Shown piece by piece: positions 49,735 through 63,260 of a stretch of DNA of 64,000 nt. The DNA is taken from contig CM052817.1 in assembly GCA_028534125.1 (NCBI GenBank), forward strand, positions 90,460,001 through 90,524,000. Reading direction: 5' to 3'. The translations under genes and the position numbers were made by a program. Position 1 is the first letter of the stretch. The number at the start of each line of letters is the position of its first letter. Source of the stretch: Lama glama. Taxonomy: Eukaryota. The notes beneath the pieces are model-generated. The model did not search any database. It was not told where the DNA came from and saw only the letters and a list, made by a program, of their open reading frames with translations.

Positions 49735-50379
49735 CAGACGGGAGGAAAAGCCTGGGGTTCAGGGCACTGCAAGTCTTTAGAATCAGCTCACATGGTCCAG
49801 TTCTGATGCCTAGGATTCTACATTTTTCTGGCCAGTGCTCCCACTCTCACATAATGACCAGCAGGATTGTAAAGTTCATTGGTATTATAATTCAGCAAAC
49901 CTATCAAACCCTGAATTTCATTTGCAAGTACATGGAAGTTGAAAGAAGCTGAGAGAATGGAGGCTCTTTTAGCATTGTTAGAGTTCCTGAGATCCAGTCT
50001 TCCCCATAACCAAGAATTTAAGGGGAGAAACGTACTACCTTTGTCAGATGTTCGATGTTCTCAAAACATTCCCAGTACGCCCAAAGTCTTCTATTTTATC
50101 TGTTTAATGACACTGGTAATTTAGTTAAGTTTGGGGGTAAGTTTCCCCAAAGCCTTCAAGAATAGGCATTTCATTCCAAGGGAGTCTTTCATTCCAGAGA
50201 CCAGAGGCTCTGTTTCATTAGCTCTTCATCACAGCACTCAATGGGTTGCCAGAGTCCTGTCACCAAAGACGAACGGAATTCATTGTTTTCATCCCCAGTC
50301 TGATACTGAGTCCTACATCCTCACTCTTCACCCCACTTTCCCTAAGGATCCACTGCATTAAACCCATTCCCAAGTACCA

Positions 50380-50790
50380 CTTTCTGCATCAGTGAGGTCT
50401 TTAACTCAAAGGAACGTAACCCAAATGTGTTTCAATTAAGGGATGAAAGACATTTACAAAAAAGATATTAGTTAGCTCGCAGAATTACATGAAACTTGGA
50501 AAGCCAGGCTCAGAAACTAAGAAGGAGAGAGGAAGGGTGCGGCTCAGAGGTAGAGTGTGAGCTTAGTCCAGTTTGGGACACCATGGACTCGAGTGTCTGC
50601 ATCCCAGGCTCTGTTCTGTGGCTGCCACTCCTCTGTTAAGAATTTCTCTTCTGTCCCCAGGTAGGATCATCTGACTGCCAAACCAAGACTGCATACCTGG
50701 CCCTAGGTGCCTGGGCGTAGAAAGACAGAGCATCTGATCTCTTCATCCCTGTGCATGAACCCTGCCTTCTGCCAAGATGTGAAAACTCAA
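50380..50790 (-). mobile_element. Old MLT1 LTR relic
   Basis: 'ctgcatcagtgaggtcttt...gatattagttagctcgcagaat...ggaaagccaggctcagaaa...gcatacctggccctaggtgcc'. Confidence 0.5.
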
Positions 50791-53700
50791 GAATTCGCTC
50801 TTAGCAGAAAGAGCACTCAGATGCCTTATAGTCCACAACCATGACAACAGTACGCGATAGGAACTGTGCACTTGCATAGCATAGTTTCAAAGAATGGGGA
50901 AGAGAAAAAGAGATTACAAAAAAGAGAAAAGCAAAGAAAGAGGAAAGATGACAGAAACTGCAGACTAATCTTTCAAGAACCTTTGTAGGAATAGAAGCAA
51001 CAGCAGCCTGAAAGGCAATTAGTTTCGGAAGCAATGTTTTGTTTCTTTTCCTTTCTACGGGGTAAATGCAAGTCAATCAGAGGATGTATTTAAGAGAAAA
51101 AGGCTGAATATTTTAGTAATTAAGGAATAACTGAAGAATGAATAGAAGGGTAAAATTAATAACACATGTGTCTGGATTAACTTAGTAAAGGAGGAGGGTA
51201 AATTTCTCCCTAAAACTGGGGAAAGTGAGGGAATTATGAAGTTGAGGATAGTATGAGTTGGAGGGGCAGGTTGCAATTGTTTATTGATGGAATTCTCTCA
51301 GACAGCCTTGATCTGTTTCCTCATACAGATCAGAGCAGTGTTCAGTATTAAAGGAATGAGGCAGAGTTAGGAATGGGCGGATGAGTGAGAACATTGAGAA
51401 AAGCTACTCTGAAAAGTAATAATGAATTCGGCTCGAATACATGGTCTGCTAGTGGAATTGAGGACCCCTTCCTATCTGATGCCTAAAAAGCTGTCTCTGA
51501 ATAGTCACTGAAGTTGGGCTGGTAATTTTTCCATTGGGGAAAAAAAGAAAAGTATATACTGAATTCAGCTTCCCCACTCTGGTAACAGCCTTCAATGTAA
51601 TTATACAAACAACAGATGCAGAAGAAAATATTAGCCAGACACCCACACACATCAAATGCACAGATACCTTCTTGTAGTTACAGTAAGTAGAATAAAATAT
51701 TGCAAGAGCATGAAATGATGCTGACAGATGGTAAATGAGTACCAAATTTCCGTGTCTGGGACAGCTTTCTCTTTGGTTTTGTGGTGCCTTTGATGGCTAT
51801 TTAAAGGAACGAGAGTTTAACCACCCATTAAGAGGACACATCAGGCCTCAGTCTCACCTTGGTCTTCTGAGGTTTGTCCCTCCCCCACAGAATCTTCCAG
51901 GTGCATTCTGTAATGACACTCTATCAAGCCGCTGAGACCAATGCCAAAGCCCAATCTGCCATGGGCATCTTCCTAGAAGAAAAGGCTGTTTCATTAGGGG
52001 CGGTCATTCGTCCCAGCCCACACCACGCCTGCTTCTGATCTTCCACTGTTAAAAACAGAACACACTGGAGGAAGATTGTGCTATATTTCATGAGTGCTCT
52101 GTGCCGCCGCCAAGGGACGGTTCCATCTGTTATTTGCTCTCAGCTTTGCTTACTGATAAAACAGGAAGGACAGCTTGCTGATGGGCTCTTTGAAGCAAAT
52201 GGCTCCTCTCTTTCCTGCAATGAATGTTTATAAATTATTTCTACAGTAGACAGTATGCACGGTACCAAGATTTCAAAATTAGTTTCAATAAATTAAGGGC
52301 CTGCATGGATTCCAAGAGGAGCCCAACCCCGACGCACACCAAGGCGCGCCGCCTTTTGTGAAAATTGCTGCATGAAATCGAACCCTGTCATTAATTCCGT
52401 TGATTATCATCTCCTCCTAAGATCTTAAGATTGTGGGTTCAGTTGCTGAAATTTCATTTTATGCCTAGTATGTCAGAGAGTTTCAGCTGTTCACAGAAAA
52501 CAGGATTCCAGGGCACCGCAAAATTTCACAGACTAGGTTAGTAGCCCTTTGGCTGTAGCCAAGGGAAATGGTTCATGGGAACAAAGCACAAATATAACTG
52601 AAGTGATTTATTTTTCCCCTAAATTATTCTGTTGTTCCAGTCCTAAACCACTCTCAGGGGAGAGAAATAATTGTATATTTTCTGGCCTCTGCACTACTCT
52701 AAAAGAGATTTCCACAGACCTAGAATATGAATTACTTTCTCTAAACTGGAAGACATTCTTTTACCTCAACTTGTCAAGTTTCTTTTATTTCTTTGGCTCA
52801 ATCGCCATGACCGAATTTGTCTGTTTTCTTCACAAACTAAATATTTTCCCATGTTCTATAACGGTCCATCTTCTAAGAAATAGTGATTGGGAAATTGATA
52901 TTCAGCTTGTCATGTTTAAAGTTTTAGACTAGGAATTTTAACTTTCCAAGCAAAGCCTATCAGTTCAAAGTAAAAACAAGGGGAAAAAAAATGAAATCAG
53001 GATTTCTAAAGACTCCAGGTTGGAAAGAAATATCTTTGAGCAACGTTGAGAGTCATTAAAAGACTCTGAAAAGCCCAGGGAGGAAAACGTCTCCTCATCT
53101 TTGTGTGAGATCAGATGAGAAACTGAGCCCCTGCCAGGAGGGAGGGTGCAGGGGAGACAGGAACACCACGGTGGCTGGTTAAAGAGGGTAATACTGGACG
53201 CTACGTGAAAGCACTACTCCTTGGTACCAGTTAATAATAGAAAAACGGAAGAAAGAATTACTGGAACAAGAAGAAAGAAAAATAGGTCTAAAGCACCCCC
53301 TCTCATTAACAGAACGTGTTTAAGAGCAGCAACGTTATAAAAACACAGGCCAGTGGCACTGCACACTCGGTGAGCATCTCATTTTAGTTCATAATAACCC
53401 ATAGAAGACATGGCTGTGTTGTGTGTGCTCATGGAGCCATGAGAGTAAATTAGAAAGCATGGTAGAGATTTGAAGCCTAAAACTGGCTGCACAAAAGACA
53501 ATTACGTTTTTAAGATTAACCTGAGTGGAATTTGAATTACAGCATTTTGTCAACTCCATCATTCAATGAGAAATAAGATAAATCCCCTCTGAGATGGGAT
53601 CACACACATTAATAAAGAGAGAATAAAACGTTCATGGTGGTTTTAGTGATCATTAAATCCAATTCCTTCATTTTTTTTTTCCCCTCACCTTCCAAGTACC

Positions 53701-54809
53701 CAGCCATTCTTAGATTGAAGTGGTGTTCAAAGTAGCACTGATGAAATGGAGAGGTGACCCAAAACTGAAAGAACACAGTTACAAAGAGGGTGAATAGAAC
53801 AATTAGTTTGTTTTTTTTTTAAATGCCTTTTGGTAGGATTAAAAGAAATAGTTATCAACAAGGCAGTACTATTGTTAAAAGAAAAATAGCAGGAACATCA
53901 CTGGCCTTCATGTGATGAAGAAGAAAAAAGAAATAATTTTCCTATTGCATATAGGAAAATCTGGATAATCCAGGAGCCACTGGAATGGTTAGACATCTGG
54001 CAAAACAGTGGTCAGTTTACTCTCTCAATTCATCAGGGAGATAGAGGTATTCACAGAGGTTAGAGGAGAGAATAGATTAAATTATATGTGTGTGTGTGTG
54101 TATTTTTTTTGAAGGAATAGCATGTATTAATACCCAGAGGATTGTCTACCATGTAGCAGACTTCAGCAAGAAAGGGTAACTCTGTGTTTTCATAATTCCA
54201 AAGAACATACAATAAAAAAAATTGAGAATGTAATACGAGAGAATGAAGTTGAATCTAGGACCACACACACAGAACCTGAAAGACACCAGCCTTTGAGTCT
54301 TTATCAACACATGCACTGTCATGTGAAACATTTGAATGCCATCCTTCTTATAGGCCTATTCATGATGGCCATTCCTATTACTATTCTTATGATACAGTTT
54401 AGAAAATAAGTTTGTGCACTTAGTAAATGGACTGAATCATAAGCAACTGTCCTTTGCTCCCAAATTGGTTGCTTTGATCATTCATACACTTAACTAGTCA
54501 ATATTGGGGGGGTGTTTTTGTTTTCCTTTGAAAGAAATGAAGTACCTACTTTTAGAGAACCAAAAACAATCAAGGCCTCCGTTGTATTCTCTTCCTGTGA
54601 AGTCTGACTGATGTTTAAGGATGACTAGTACAACATAATTACTGGCTACTAGCAACCAGTGGTTTTCTTTTGATATGGAACTTAGAAGAGTTTTTAATTA
54701 TTATTTCAGAATTTTCAGGTGTCTAATGAAGTGACAGGGAAAATGGGCAGCATAAGGCTAATATTCAGGAGAAAGACTAAAAGCTCTTAAATAAAAACAA
54801 TGAGCTATG

Positions 54810-55110
54810 TGACCATGTAAGTGTTTAAGTGTTAAAACTACCTGTCACTCAAATGGGTATTTTCCCTCAAGGTGATCGCCACAAGAAGCTATTACTCTAA
54901 TGATGACTTTGTCCTAATTATTTTGAAAACACCACTTCAGAACTGATTTCGTACGTAATACCTGCCGTACAGGAAATCGGGCACTGGAGCTTTGCCGTAT
55001 CCCGTGTAACAGCTCAAATTCTGCTGCTTCCCCCAATACAGCCAAACAAATATTATTTACTCAGAATATTTGCTGCCTCCTCATTTTATTCACAGAGCCA
55101 TACAATTAAA
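54810..55110. mobile_element. MARNA-like mariner relic
   Basis: 'tgtcactcaaatgggtattttccctcaaggtgatcgcc...gaagctat' resembles the recalled MARNA consensus. Very diverged. Confidence 0.5.
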
Positions 55111-55849
55111 TTAAAAGAATTAAAAATATTTAAAAACTCAGAACTAGCAATTTAAATACAGATTCATGGTCTTTAAATATTGGTGTCATAAAGTACTTTG
55201 TGAATTGTCATGAGCCAATGCCCTAATCTACTAGTTTACTATTGATTTGGTTAAATGAGGCTCCTCTATATCATCAGATAAACATTTAGGAAGAAAAGTG
55301 GCCTATCCTGTGCAGGTGAAATGTCTCAAGCTAGTTAATATATTCTAGTCAATTGCCACTTTAAACCAGCTCAATACTAGTGCAAATTCTGCAGCCAGCT
55401 TGGGACTGTTACTCACTCTTGACATAGTCGTTTACAATCCAAAGAATGGTCATGTTCCTCCATTTAGGAAGACAGGAGTCTTAGGGTCAAAACTCCTTAA
55501 ATTGTAATCTTTAATGTAAACAAAGCCTCTCATGTCTCATCATTCTGAACAGAATTATTGTTTCTTAAAAATTGTTAAAATATTGACTGGTAGAGTACAG
55601 TGGCATGATGGATTTTTTCTTTTAAAGGCAAAAATGATCAAATACCAACAACATGTAGTGAAATATAATATGATTCCTATCTTACAAACATTATAATGTT
55701 TGATAATGGCAATATTTAGTATAATAATCCCCTCCAAAGTTAGCATTGCATTACTGTCATTATTGTTTTCAATAAAACCTCTTGCCTTGGAAGGGACAGT
55801 GGTAAATGTGACTAAAAGTATTTGTAGGTTAATTGCATAGATTATGTGT

Positions 55850-56070
55850 CTACAGTGTGCTCTATTAACATAAACATAGTTAACATGTCTAGAGAACTTA
55901 CTAGGATCCAGACATTATGTTTAACCTGTAGAGGAGACACTGCCAGTCCTATTTCAAAGATAAGCAGGCAGAAATTCAGAGAGGTTAGTAACTTGCTCTT
56001 GGTTTCATCCCTAAGAAGTGGTAAAGCCAAAATTCAAACTCAGGTCTAACATCAAAGTTTGCATTCTTAT
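55850..56070 (-). mobile_element. MIR SINE
   Basis: 'cctatttcaaagataagcaggcagaaattcagagaggttagtaacttgctcttggt...attcaaactcaggtctaac'. Confidence 0.75.
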
Positions 56071-57607
56071 TGACTATTTCTGCGAGTTTTGACTAATCCT
56101 AGTTGTTGAAGTTTTAGCAGGAAAAATCTCAGTCTCTAGGGGCTGAAATATACACTGTTGTATATGACAATTACCTGTCAGCTAAAGAAACACAATTTAA
56201 AACAAGGTTCAAACCTGACACTAAACTCTATGTCCTATTTATCATTTCAGAAATGATCAAATACATTTCTTTCCCTGATGGATTCACCCCAGAATGGCAT
56301 ATGATATATTTGGAATCTACCATCCAGTCTCAAGTGGCCAGAAAACAGAGCTGCTTTCATGTCATTTCTAAGCCAAAGCTGAAAGGCCAAAAATCACTAG
56401 AGAATTTCACTCTGGTGAGATTTTCAGTTCAACTGTATTCTCCCCTGAGGTTCAAACAAACTTCAGATAATCATCTTGAATTTAGTGATGAACCAAGCTC
56501 ACATTCAGACTACGGCTCCTCTACGGCACAGCTTAAAGTGACGAGCCAAATGGGGTCAGATGTTCAATACTTGGCAAAAGCCTCAGCTGTCGTATTGAAA
56601 CAATGTTGACAAGATGGCAGACTTTAAAATAAATCCCCTGTGGGGGCTTCCTGATATCATTCTTGCTTTCCCTTCTGCCTCAGCTCCAGCCCCGCTGCTT
56701 TCTGGAACACATGCCAATCACGCGCAGCACTCACTAAGAACTGTGAGGACTACGCAACATGACAGTATTTATTTCAGCCACAGGAGCCAGTCCTGGGCAC
56801 AGGTACAAGAGTATTTCCTGACTTCTCAGCCCAAGATAAAACATGTTGCTGATACATGTCTGTCCCTGCTCTCAAGAGGCAACCCAAGGCACCACAGTCC
56901 TCACCCACCAGCAGTTAACCCTTTCCAGTCCATTTCATTGAGTAAATTGGGTGTTAAAGCACCATGAGTTCTTCTCCTGAACAATTCATTTCAGCAAATG
57001 CTCTGAGAATGTTGGTCGATTTCAGTTAGGCAACGTCAGTCCATCTTTCTGGTAAAGAAGAAGCTGACTTACCAACTTGGAGTTAAACAGCGTAAGAGGT
57101 TTAGAAATATGGATCAATTAACTCTTTGGCTGGTACCATTTCTCTATAATAAACTAACTTGGGCTGCTTCAAGAATAGCCTGAAAGTTTAGCCCAAATTG
57201 TGATGACACTTTAGATTTCATGACCTTTTAATGTGTGTGTCATAATCAACTGTAGATAGAAAGCTGGCCACACTGTTAGGAAAATGAACTTTTTGATACA
57301 TTACTCCTCTGTTCTAAAATAATTGACCACCCTACAGATACAAGAGAATAACAGAATAGTATAATGCCAATAAATATACTATGAAATTAAGGTGAGATTG
57401 TTTTAAATGGCTCAAATTCTCTTTGCCTTTGGAATTTGTATATTATATAACAGCCAGTCCACATATCTTTCAGTTATAAGATTTTGCAGTTGGTAGATCA
57501 ATTTCTCAGTAAGCTCGGTAGGGTGTCCTAAACCGCCAGGATACTCAGGTAAATGGCTTTAATACAATGAAAAGTTGAAAAAAATACTAAAATGAAGGAA
57601 AGCATTG

Positions 57608-57758
57608 AGGTGTACAGCAAAGTGACTCAGTTATACATATATACTTTTTCAGATTCTTTTCCATTATAGGTTATTACAAGATGTTGAATATAGTTCCCGT
57701 GCTATACAGTAGGTCCTTGTTGTTTACCTATTTTATATACAGTAGTGTCTATCTGTTA
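57608..57758 (-). mobile_element. L1 3'UTR fragment (cetartiodactyl-type), no poly-A
   Basis: 'aggtgtacagcaaagtgactcagttatacata...ttattacaagatgttgaatatagttcccgtgctatacagtaggtccttgttgttta' is the antisense L1 3'UTR. Confidence 0.88.
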
Positions 57759-58989
57759 TTGGTCTTTTAAGTGGAGTTTCTTTTGGGAAAATAAAATGGT
57801 ACTGTTAAGGGAAAAATGAAGAACCATGGATCTTGTCCATACTCCTCATTTTACAAGTAAATAAACTGAAGTTGAGAAAGGTGAAATGATCAGGCCAATG
57901 TTGCCCACCCAGGCAATGACCAGGTCAGAAGTATAACTCCCCCTGCTCCTGACACTGCAACACATCAGTCCCTTTCAGGAGACGACAGTTTTGCTCTTGC
58001 TGTTATTTCTTCTGTCTCCATTACCCGATCCCCTCTCTTCTCCTGATTATGTCCTATTCATTTTCCCAGGATAAATCCACAAAGCCCTTTTGGAATCCCA
58101 GGAAATTTTATTCATGTCACCACACAGCTGAGCACTTACCCAAAGTCTGAAGGAAAACACAGGAAGGAACTGGCTTCAGAGAGAAAAGCCAAAGCTAGGC
58201 GGAAACATTCACTTCACTTCAGGGTTCCCAGTCTCATCACCATTATCATGATTATGTCATCATCATCCTCTCCATCATCATTTCTTATATTTATATGGCA
58301 ATCTATAGTGGTTTATTAACCCACATGTTACTTTGTTCAATGACCAGTCAACAAGAACTATGAAGCATCTTAAATAAACCGAGTGCTGGGAAAATCAAGA
58401 ATTTGTACGACTTTGCATTTTTTAGACAGACTGCTTCACAACCATCTGCAAGTTGCCTAGCATGTGCAATTTCTCTCACAAAACAGACTTTTAAACTTTT
58501 GAAGTCGCCTGTTACACCTCCTGTTACTTTTTATTATGCAGATGTCTTACAAAGAGGCATATTTACAGAAAACAATCTGCAGATGACTGGTTAATGAAAC
58601 TAGAAATAAAACCAACACCCTTCACCAGAGTCCAGTGACTAAAAGTTGGGCTGAAAGTAAAATCAGCTGCAGGTGAACTGCAGGGGTGCGCAGCCCCAGT
58701 GACCTCCCTGCAGCTCCTGATGCTAATGACCGTGCCCTCCTTCCCGAACCTCCCATTCCCTCTGTTTTATATATCACTGCTCTCGTCCGTCTTTGAAGCT
58801 TCCTTCTAAGTGCCACTTTATAGCTCTGCTGACCCTCCACATATTTTCATACTTTTGAGTATTTGCTCATGATATTCTTTTCTTGCCTCCTCTCTGCTTG
58901 AATTTCTTATCTTCCAAGACTGACCTCAAATACCACGTCCTTTCTAAAGTCTTTCCTGACCATCCAGGCTGGAATGACTTGCTCTTGTC

Positions 58990-59935
58990 TCTTTTCTTTT
59001 TAAAAAATATATTTAGTTTTTCAAACAGGGAATGAATCCACAGAGTTCAAAAGCCAAAAATACAAATGGGCATGCAGTGAAGTCTCCTTTACACCATTGT
59101 TTTCTGTCACCCAAATTTTCTTCCCATCAGTTGATTTTTGGGTCTCCAAAGGTACTTACGCAGCAAAGACAAGCGTAAGTTTCTTCTAGTTTTACACAAC
59201 TGCTAGCATACTCCACAGTATGTTTTGCACATTGCTTTTTTTTTTCCCACTTAATGATGTGTTTTGGAGAGAGATGCTTTCATATTAATATATAGAGTAT
59301 AACATAATTCTCTTATATTCTCTTATGTATAGTATTTTATTGCAGGGTTATAACATAGTGTATTTAATTAGTTTCCTACTGATGGAAATTTAAGTTGTTT
59401 CTAACTTGCTGTTTTGAGCAATGATACAATTAACAGTCTCATAATGTTTTTGCACATATGTACTATTATACTTACAGAATAAATTGGAGTTGTTCTATCA
59501 GAGAGTATGAAATTTTGATAAACATTTTAAAAAGCCCTGCACATATGTGTTGTAGAAATTTATACTTTCTCAAGTAATAATATGTGAAGTGCTTATTCAC
59601 TCCCCATTCTTGATAACACAATAAACACAGTATTATCAAACTTACGTATCTTTGTCAATCTTAATAGGTAATAGATGTCATTTCAGTGTGATATTAGTTT
59701 TCATTTATTTTATTACGATTAAAATTGTGTACCATTTCATAGTTTTAAGGTTATGAATATCTCCTTTTTAATGAATTTTTTGTTAGTATCATTTCCACAT
59801 TTTCTCCTGGGTAACCTCATTCATTTAGACATGCTCTTTACATTTTAGGGAAATCAGGTCTTTTTTTCTGTTAAATGAGCTGCAGTTTTTTTTTCCAGTT
59901 TGTACTGTTTGCTTTTGACTCTGTTTATAGTAATC
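58990..59935 (-). mobile_element. Ancient L1ME/L1MC 3' region inserted into an L2 relic
   Basis: 'tatgttttgcacattgcttttttttt...cacttaa', 'cctactgatggaaatttaagttgtttcta' and 'tttgtcaatcttaataggt' are antisense old L1. L2-like sequence flanks both sides (58720-58985, 59940-60150). Confidence 0.7.
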
Positions 59936-60556
59936 CACCTAATTTTCTAGCTGTCCATTACCTATTTATTTACTATTGAACTCAGTATATTATGTCACAA
60001 ATGTGTCTATATTTGCTATTACATAAAATACTATTGCTATTAGACTTGGAGGATCTCAGAACAGATAACATTTCTTACTCAACTTTCCTTTTGCACATTC
60101 ACACAATGCCAGGCACTTACAAGTCAGCAATAAATTTTCTGTGAATAAAGCATTAGCGTTTGCTCGCTTGTTTGTTTTTCCCTTTTAAGCTTAAAAGAAT
60201 GCTAAACTGGAAAGGCTAAGACGTGTTAGCTACATTAATTAAATAAACAGCCTTTACAGCAGTGCTGTGTTGTGGCACTGCTTTTGCCTTTCCTATTCTG
60301 CTGATACTTAACTGAACAATAACAAGCAGAAGTTATTCAGCAGATTGGTTTTTACTTGGGGTCCAATTCCAAAAATGTCATGAGTGAGTGTGTAAGTGTA
60401 TTCACACACGTGTTGGGGGGGATGGAGTGGAGGAGGCAAGTTCATGTAACCTTTGAAGGATGTAAGTTTCTTTTTTAATATATAAAATGACCAAGTGTCA
60501 CAGTAAAACCTCCTGAAACATGCTGAACATTTTGTGCCAAGATTTCTATCCCCAGA

Positions 60557-60719
60557 TTTCTTCTGTATAGCACAGGGAACTATATTCAATATCTTGTAAC
60601 AACCTTTAATGAAAAAGAATATGAAAATGAATATATGTATGTATATGCATGATTGGGACATTGTGCTGAACAACAGAAATTGGCACATTGTAACTGACTG
60701 TACTTCAATTAAAAAAAAA
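60557..60719 (+). mobile_element. Short 5'-truncated L1 3' end with poly-A and TSD
   Basis: Homologous to 8335-8490. TSD aagatttctatccccaga (60539-60556) / aagattcctagtcccaga (60720-60737), 15/18. Confidence 0.92.
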
Positions 60720-62140
60720 AAGATTCCTAGTCCCAGAAATCTATTTAGAAATGATACTTTGAAGTCAATCAACAGAAAATTCAAGGAAATAAGAAGCCTG
60801 CCCTTCAGTGAATCTAACATCACTCAGTACCACCTCTGTTTGTTCTTTATTTCCCTCCTTGCCTATCCTAGACACAAATTTAAGGCTATCTTTTTGTAGA
60901 AAAAAATGAAACTTTAGTTTTCTAGTATCAGCCACTTATTCTCATGCTATGGCTTCGCAAGTGTTTCTGGAGTTGAACAAAGACACACTGACAACAAAGG
61001 TTGTTGTGTACTTGCTCAGCCGGGGTGGGAGGAAGGCGTAGAATTCCACACCCATGTTCATCCATAATTTTCTCTTTGGTTCAGACCTCAATGAGGAGCC
61101 AAGATGTCCCCTTGTTTTGTAAGGATCTGAGGTCTCTGTACTAGCATGTGACCGCTGAATAGTGACTCACCCAGACTCACCTTCCCTTTTTGTTTGTTTG
61201 TATCTTATTTTTTTTTTTTTGCCACCGATGGTTGCACAAAAAAAATAAACAGCTTTCCTATGGTGCTCAATAGCACTCAGATGTGCCAGGGCAAGGACCC
61301 CTTTTCTAGAAAATGAAATTAAACATATGGAAGGAAATGAAGAACTCTTGTCAAAATTATTCCACTGTGAAATTAGTTACATTCCACAAGAAAATATAAT
61401 CATGCCAAGGGTTTCTTTCTTCAGTGACTCTCATATAAACTGCAGCAACAACAACAACAAAAAAATCTGGTGTTCAGCTTCATAAGCTGTCACTGCCATT
61501 GGCTACCTAAACCCATTCATATTTGATTATTTTCAGTCCACTGCCATTTCTATACAGCCCGGGTGGATATTTCTTTCGTTCATTGCATAAAACATTCACA
61601 TCAGTCTATGACCGTGTTGCCGCTGTCTTTGCTATAATTAACACAGCAACAGATTAAAAAAATACTACTTCAAATAACTGGTGTCCAATTTACTTCCAAA
61701 CAGAATCCACATAAAAAAGATTATCCAAGAGAGAGCTGCCAAATGTACTGTAAACTGGAAGGTTTTCAATATCCCTTAAATGCTCGGCTAGAAGCTAACT
61801 GAACCACATCTCTGCTGTCAGCAAAGCATGAAACTCTGAGATTTGTTTCAGTTTCCATCCAGTCTCTGCCAGTTAAAACTAAAGACTTCCACCGGGGTAA
61901 ATACATATTTCCATTTTTACTGGCATTGTCTACTTACTCTTTTACAAGCAGTGCATTTCCCTCTCAAGGATGCTTGAGCCTTTTATGAAGATGTCAGTCT
62001 GAATAGTATTAAGGTCTAACAAACTTTCCCAACTTTCAGCCTCACCCTCATCTCTACAAGGCCTTTCTTGTGTGCACACAGTTATGAATGGCACCACAAA
62101 GAAAATCTAATAGACTCCTTCCTTTCTCCTGTAAGACGTA

Positions 62141-62187
<47 letters not shown>

Positions 62188-62205
62188 CGCGCACACACAC
62201 ACAAC

Positions 62206-62239
<34 letters not shown>
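62141..62239 (+). repeat. Compound microsatellite (TC)n(AC)n-TGCGCGC-(AC)n-(AG)n
   Basis: Read directly: about (TC)5, (AC)17, tgcgcgc, (AC)5, aact, (AG)16. Confidence 0.97.
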
Positions 62240-62242
<3 letters not shown>

Positions 62243-62899
62243 GCATGCAAACAGTAAATCCTGCTCAAAATCCTCCATTGAATTCCCATTTCTTATCAAA
62301 TCAAATACAATTTTCTCAGCATGTCATTCAGGGACTCCTGCAATATGAACCTAGATTATCTTTCCAGCCTATGTTTTACCAATCTCCTGAGTGTATCTCT
62401 TATTCCTAGGAAACAAGATTACTCACAGTTCCTGTGTCATTGGCGCTTTCTGATTATCTGATCCTGCCTCCTAGATAAGCAGAGAATCAGGGCCCTGGAG
62501 TCAACTAGTCTAGAGTATGATGGGCTGTTAGATGCCTGCTTCAAAGAGAAGGGAGGGAGGGGCCTAGGAAGGAAGAGGTGTTCCTTGTAATCTTATCAAC
62601 AGGCAGCTGGTGTGCAACTAAGAAAGTGATCTGAGCCAGATCATCTCTGAGTTGCCAATGAGAAAAGTCAGGCAGACCATCCAAATAAGTTGGCAGTTTC
62701 AATGAGTGCTGCAGAAATGAGGGTTCTGTGATGAAACCAGGAAGACAGAGACAGGACCAGAAACATTTGACAGTGGAGGGGCTGAGATGCAGTCTAAAGC
62801 CATATAAATGAGGGGAGGGATAAAATGAATTCCTACAGGGGCTGCTTCTCTGGGTGGCCGAGGACAGGGTTAAGGATGTAATGGAACTAAATGCCACCT

Positions 62900-63260
62900 T
62901 GGTTCTCCTACTCATAACATTTTCTGCAAAGAGCATCTCCCTCCACTGGTTCCAATCAAACCCATTCTTCAAGACCCATCTCAAAGACCATCTTCTCCAT
63001 AAAACCTGTTCCTATCCCTTCAAAAGAAGTGACCTTCCCTCATTTTCATTTCATCAGACACAGTTCGTATTTCTCGATCACTTTTTTATGCTGACTGTGT
63101 ATTGCATTTTTTGGGTATATTACAGTCTTTGATTTATTTATCTTGTACCTTTACTATATTATATACACTGTAAGTTGTGGATGCGTTCTTTCTTAATATC
63201 AACTGTAGCAACTACAAACTCAGATGTGAAACCGTTGCTCAATAAATATTATTAACATTA
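62900..63260 (+). mobile_element. L2 LINE 3' region relic
   Basis: 'cccattcttcaagacccatctcaaagaccatcttctccataaaacct...gctcaataaatatt'. Confidence 0.65.

Noticed and set aside
56253..56967. Two tandem ORFs of about 118 aa, operon-like
   Set aside because: Mammalian non-coding context, no recognisable domain, non-coding composition and no convincing splice structure.
57300..57600. Possible TcMar MITE terminus 'tactcctctgttctaaaataattgacca'
   Set aside because: I could not find a convincing partner inverted repeat or assign a family without a search.
60308..60823. 171-aa minus-strand ORF similar to ORFs at 8298-8573 and 41765-42091, resembling a paralogous family
   Set aside because: The shared peptide (MCQFL...SCIYIHIFIFIFFFIKG) is just the antisense translation of the L1 3'UTR.
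62054..62348. ORFs with HT/ER and CV/LS repeats
   Set aside because: Translation of the dinucleotide microsatellite.
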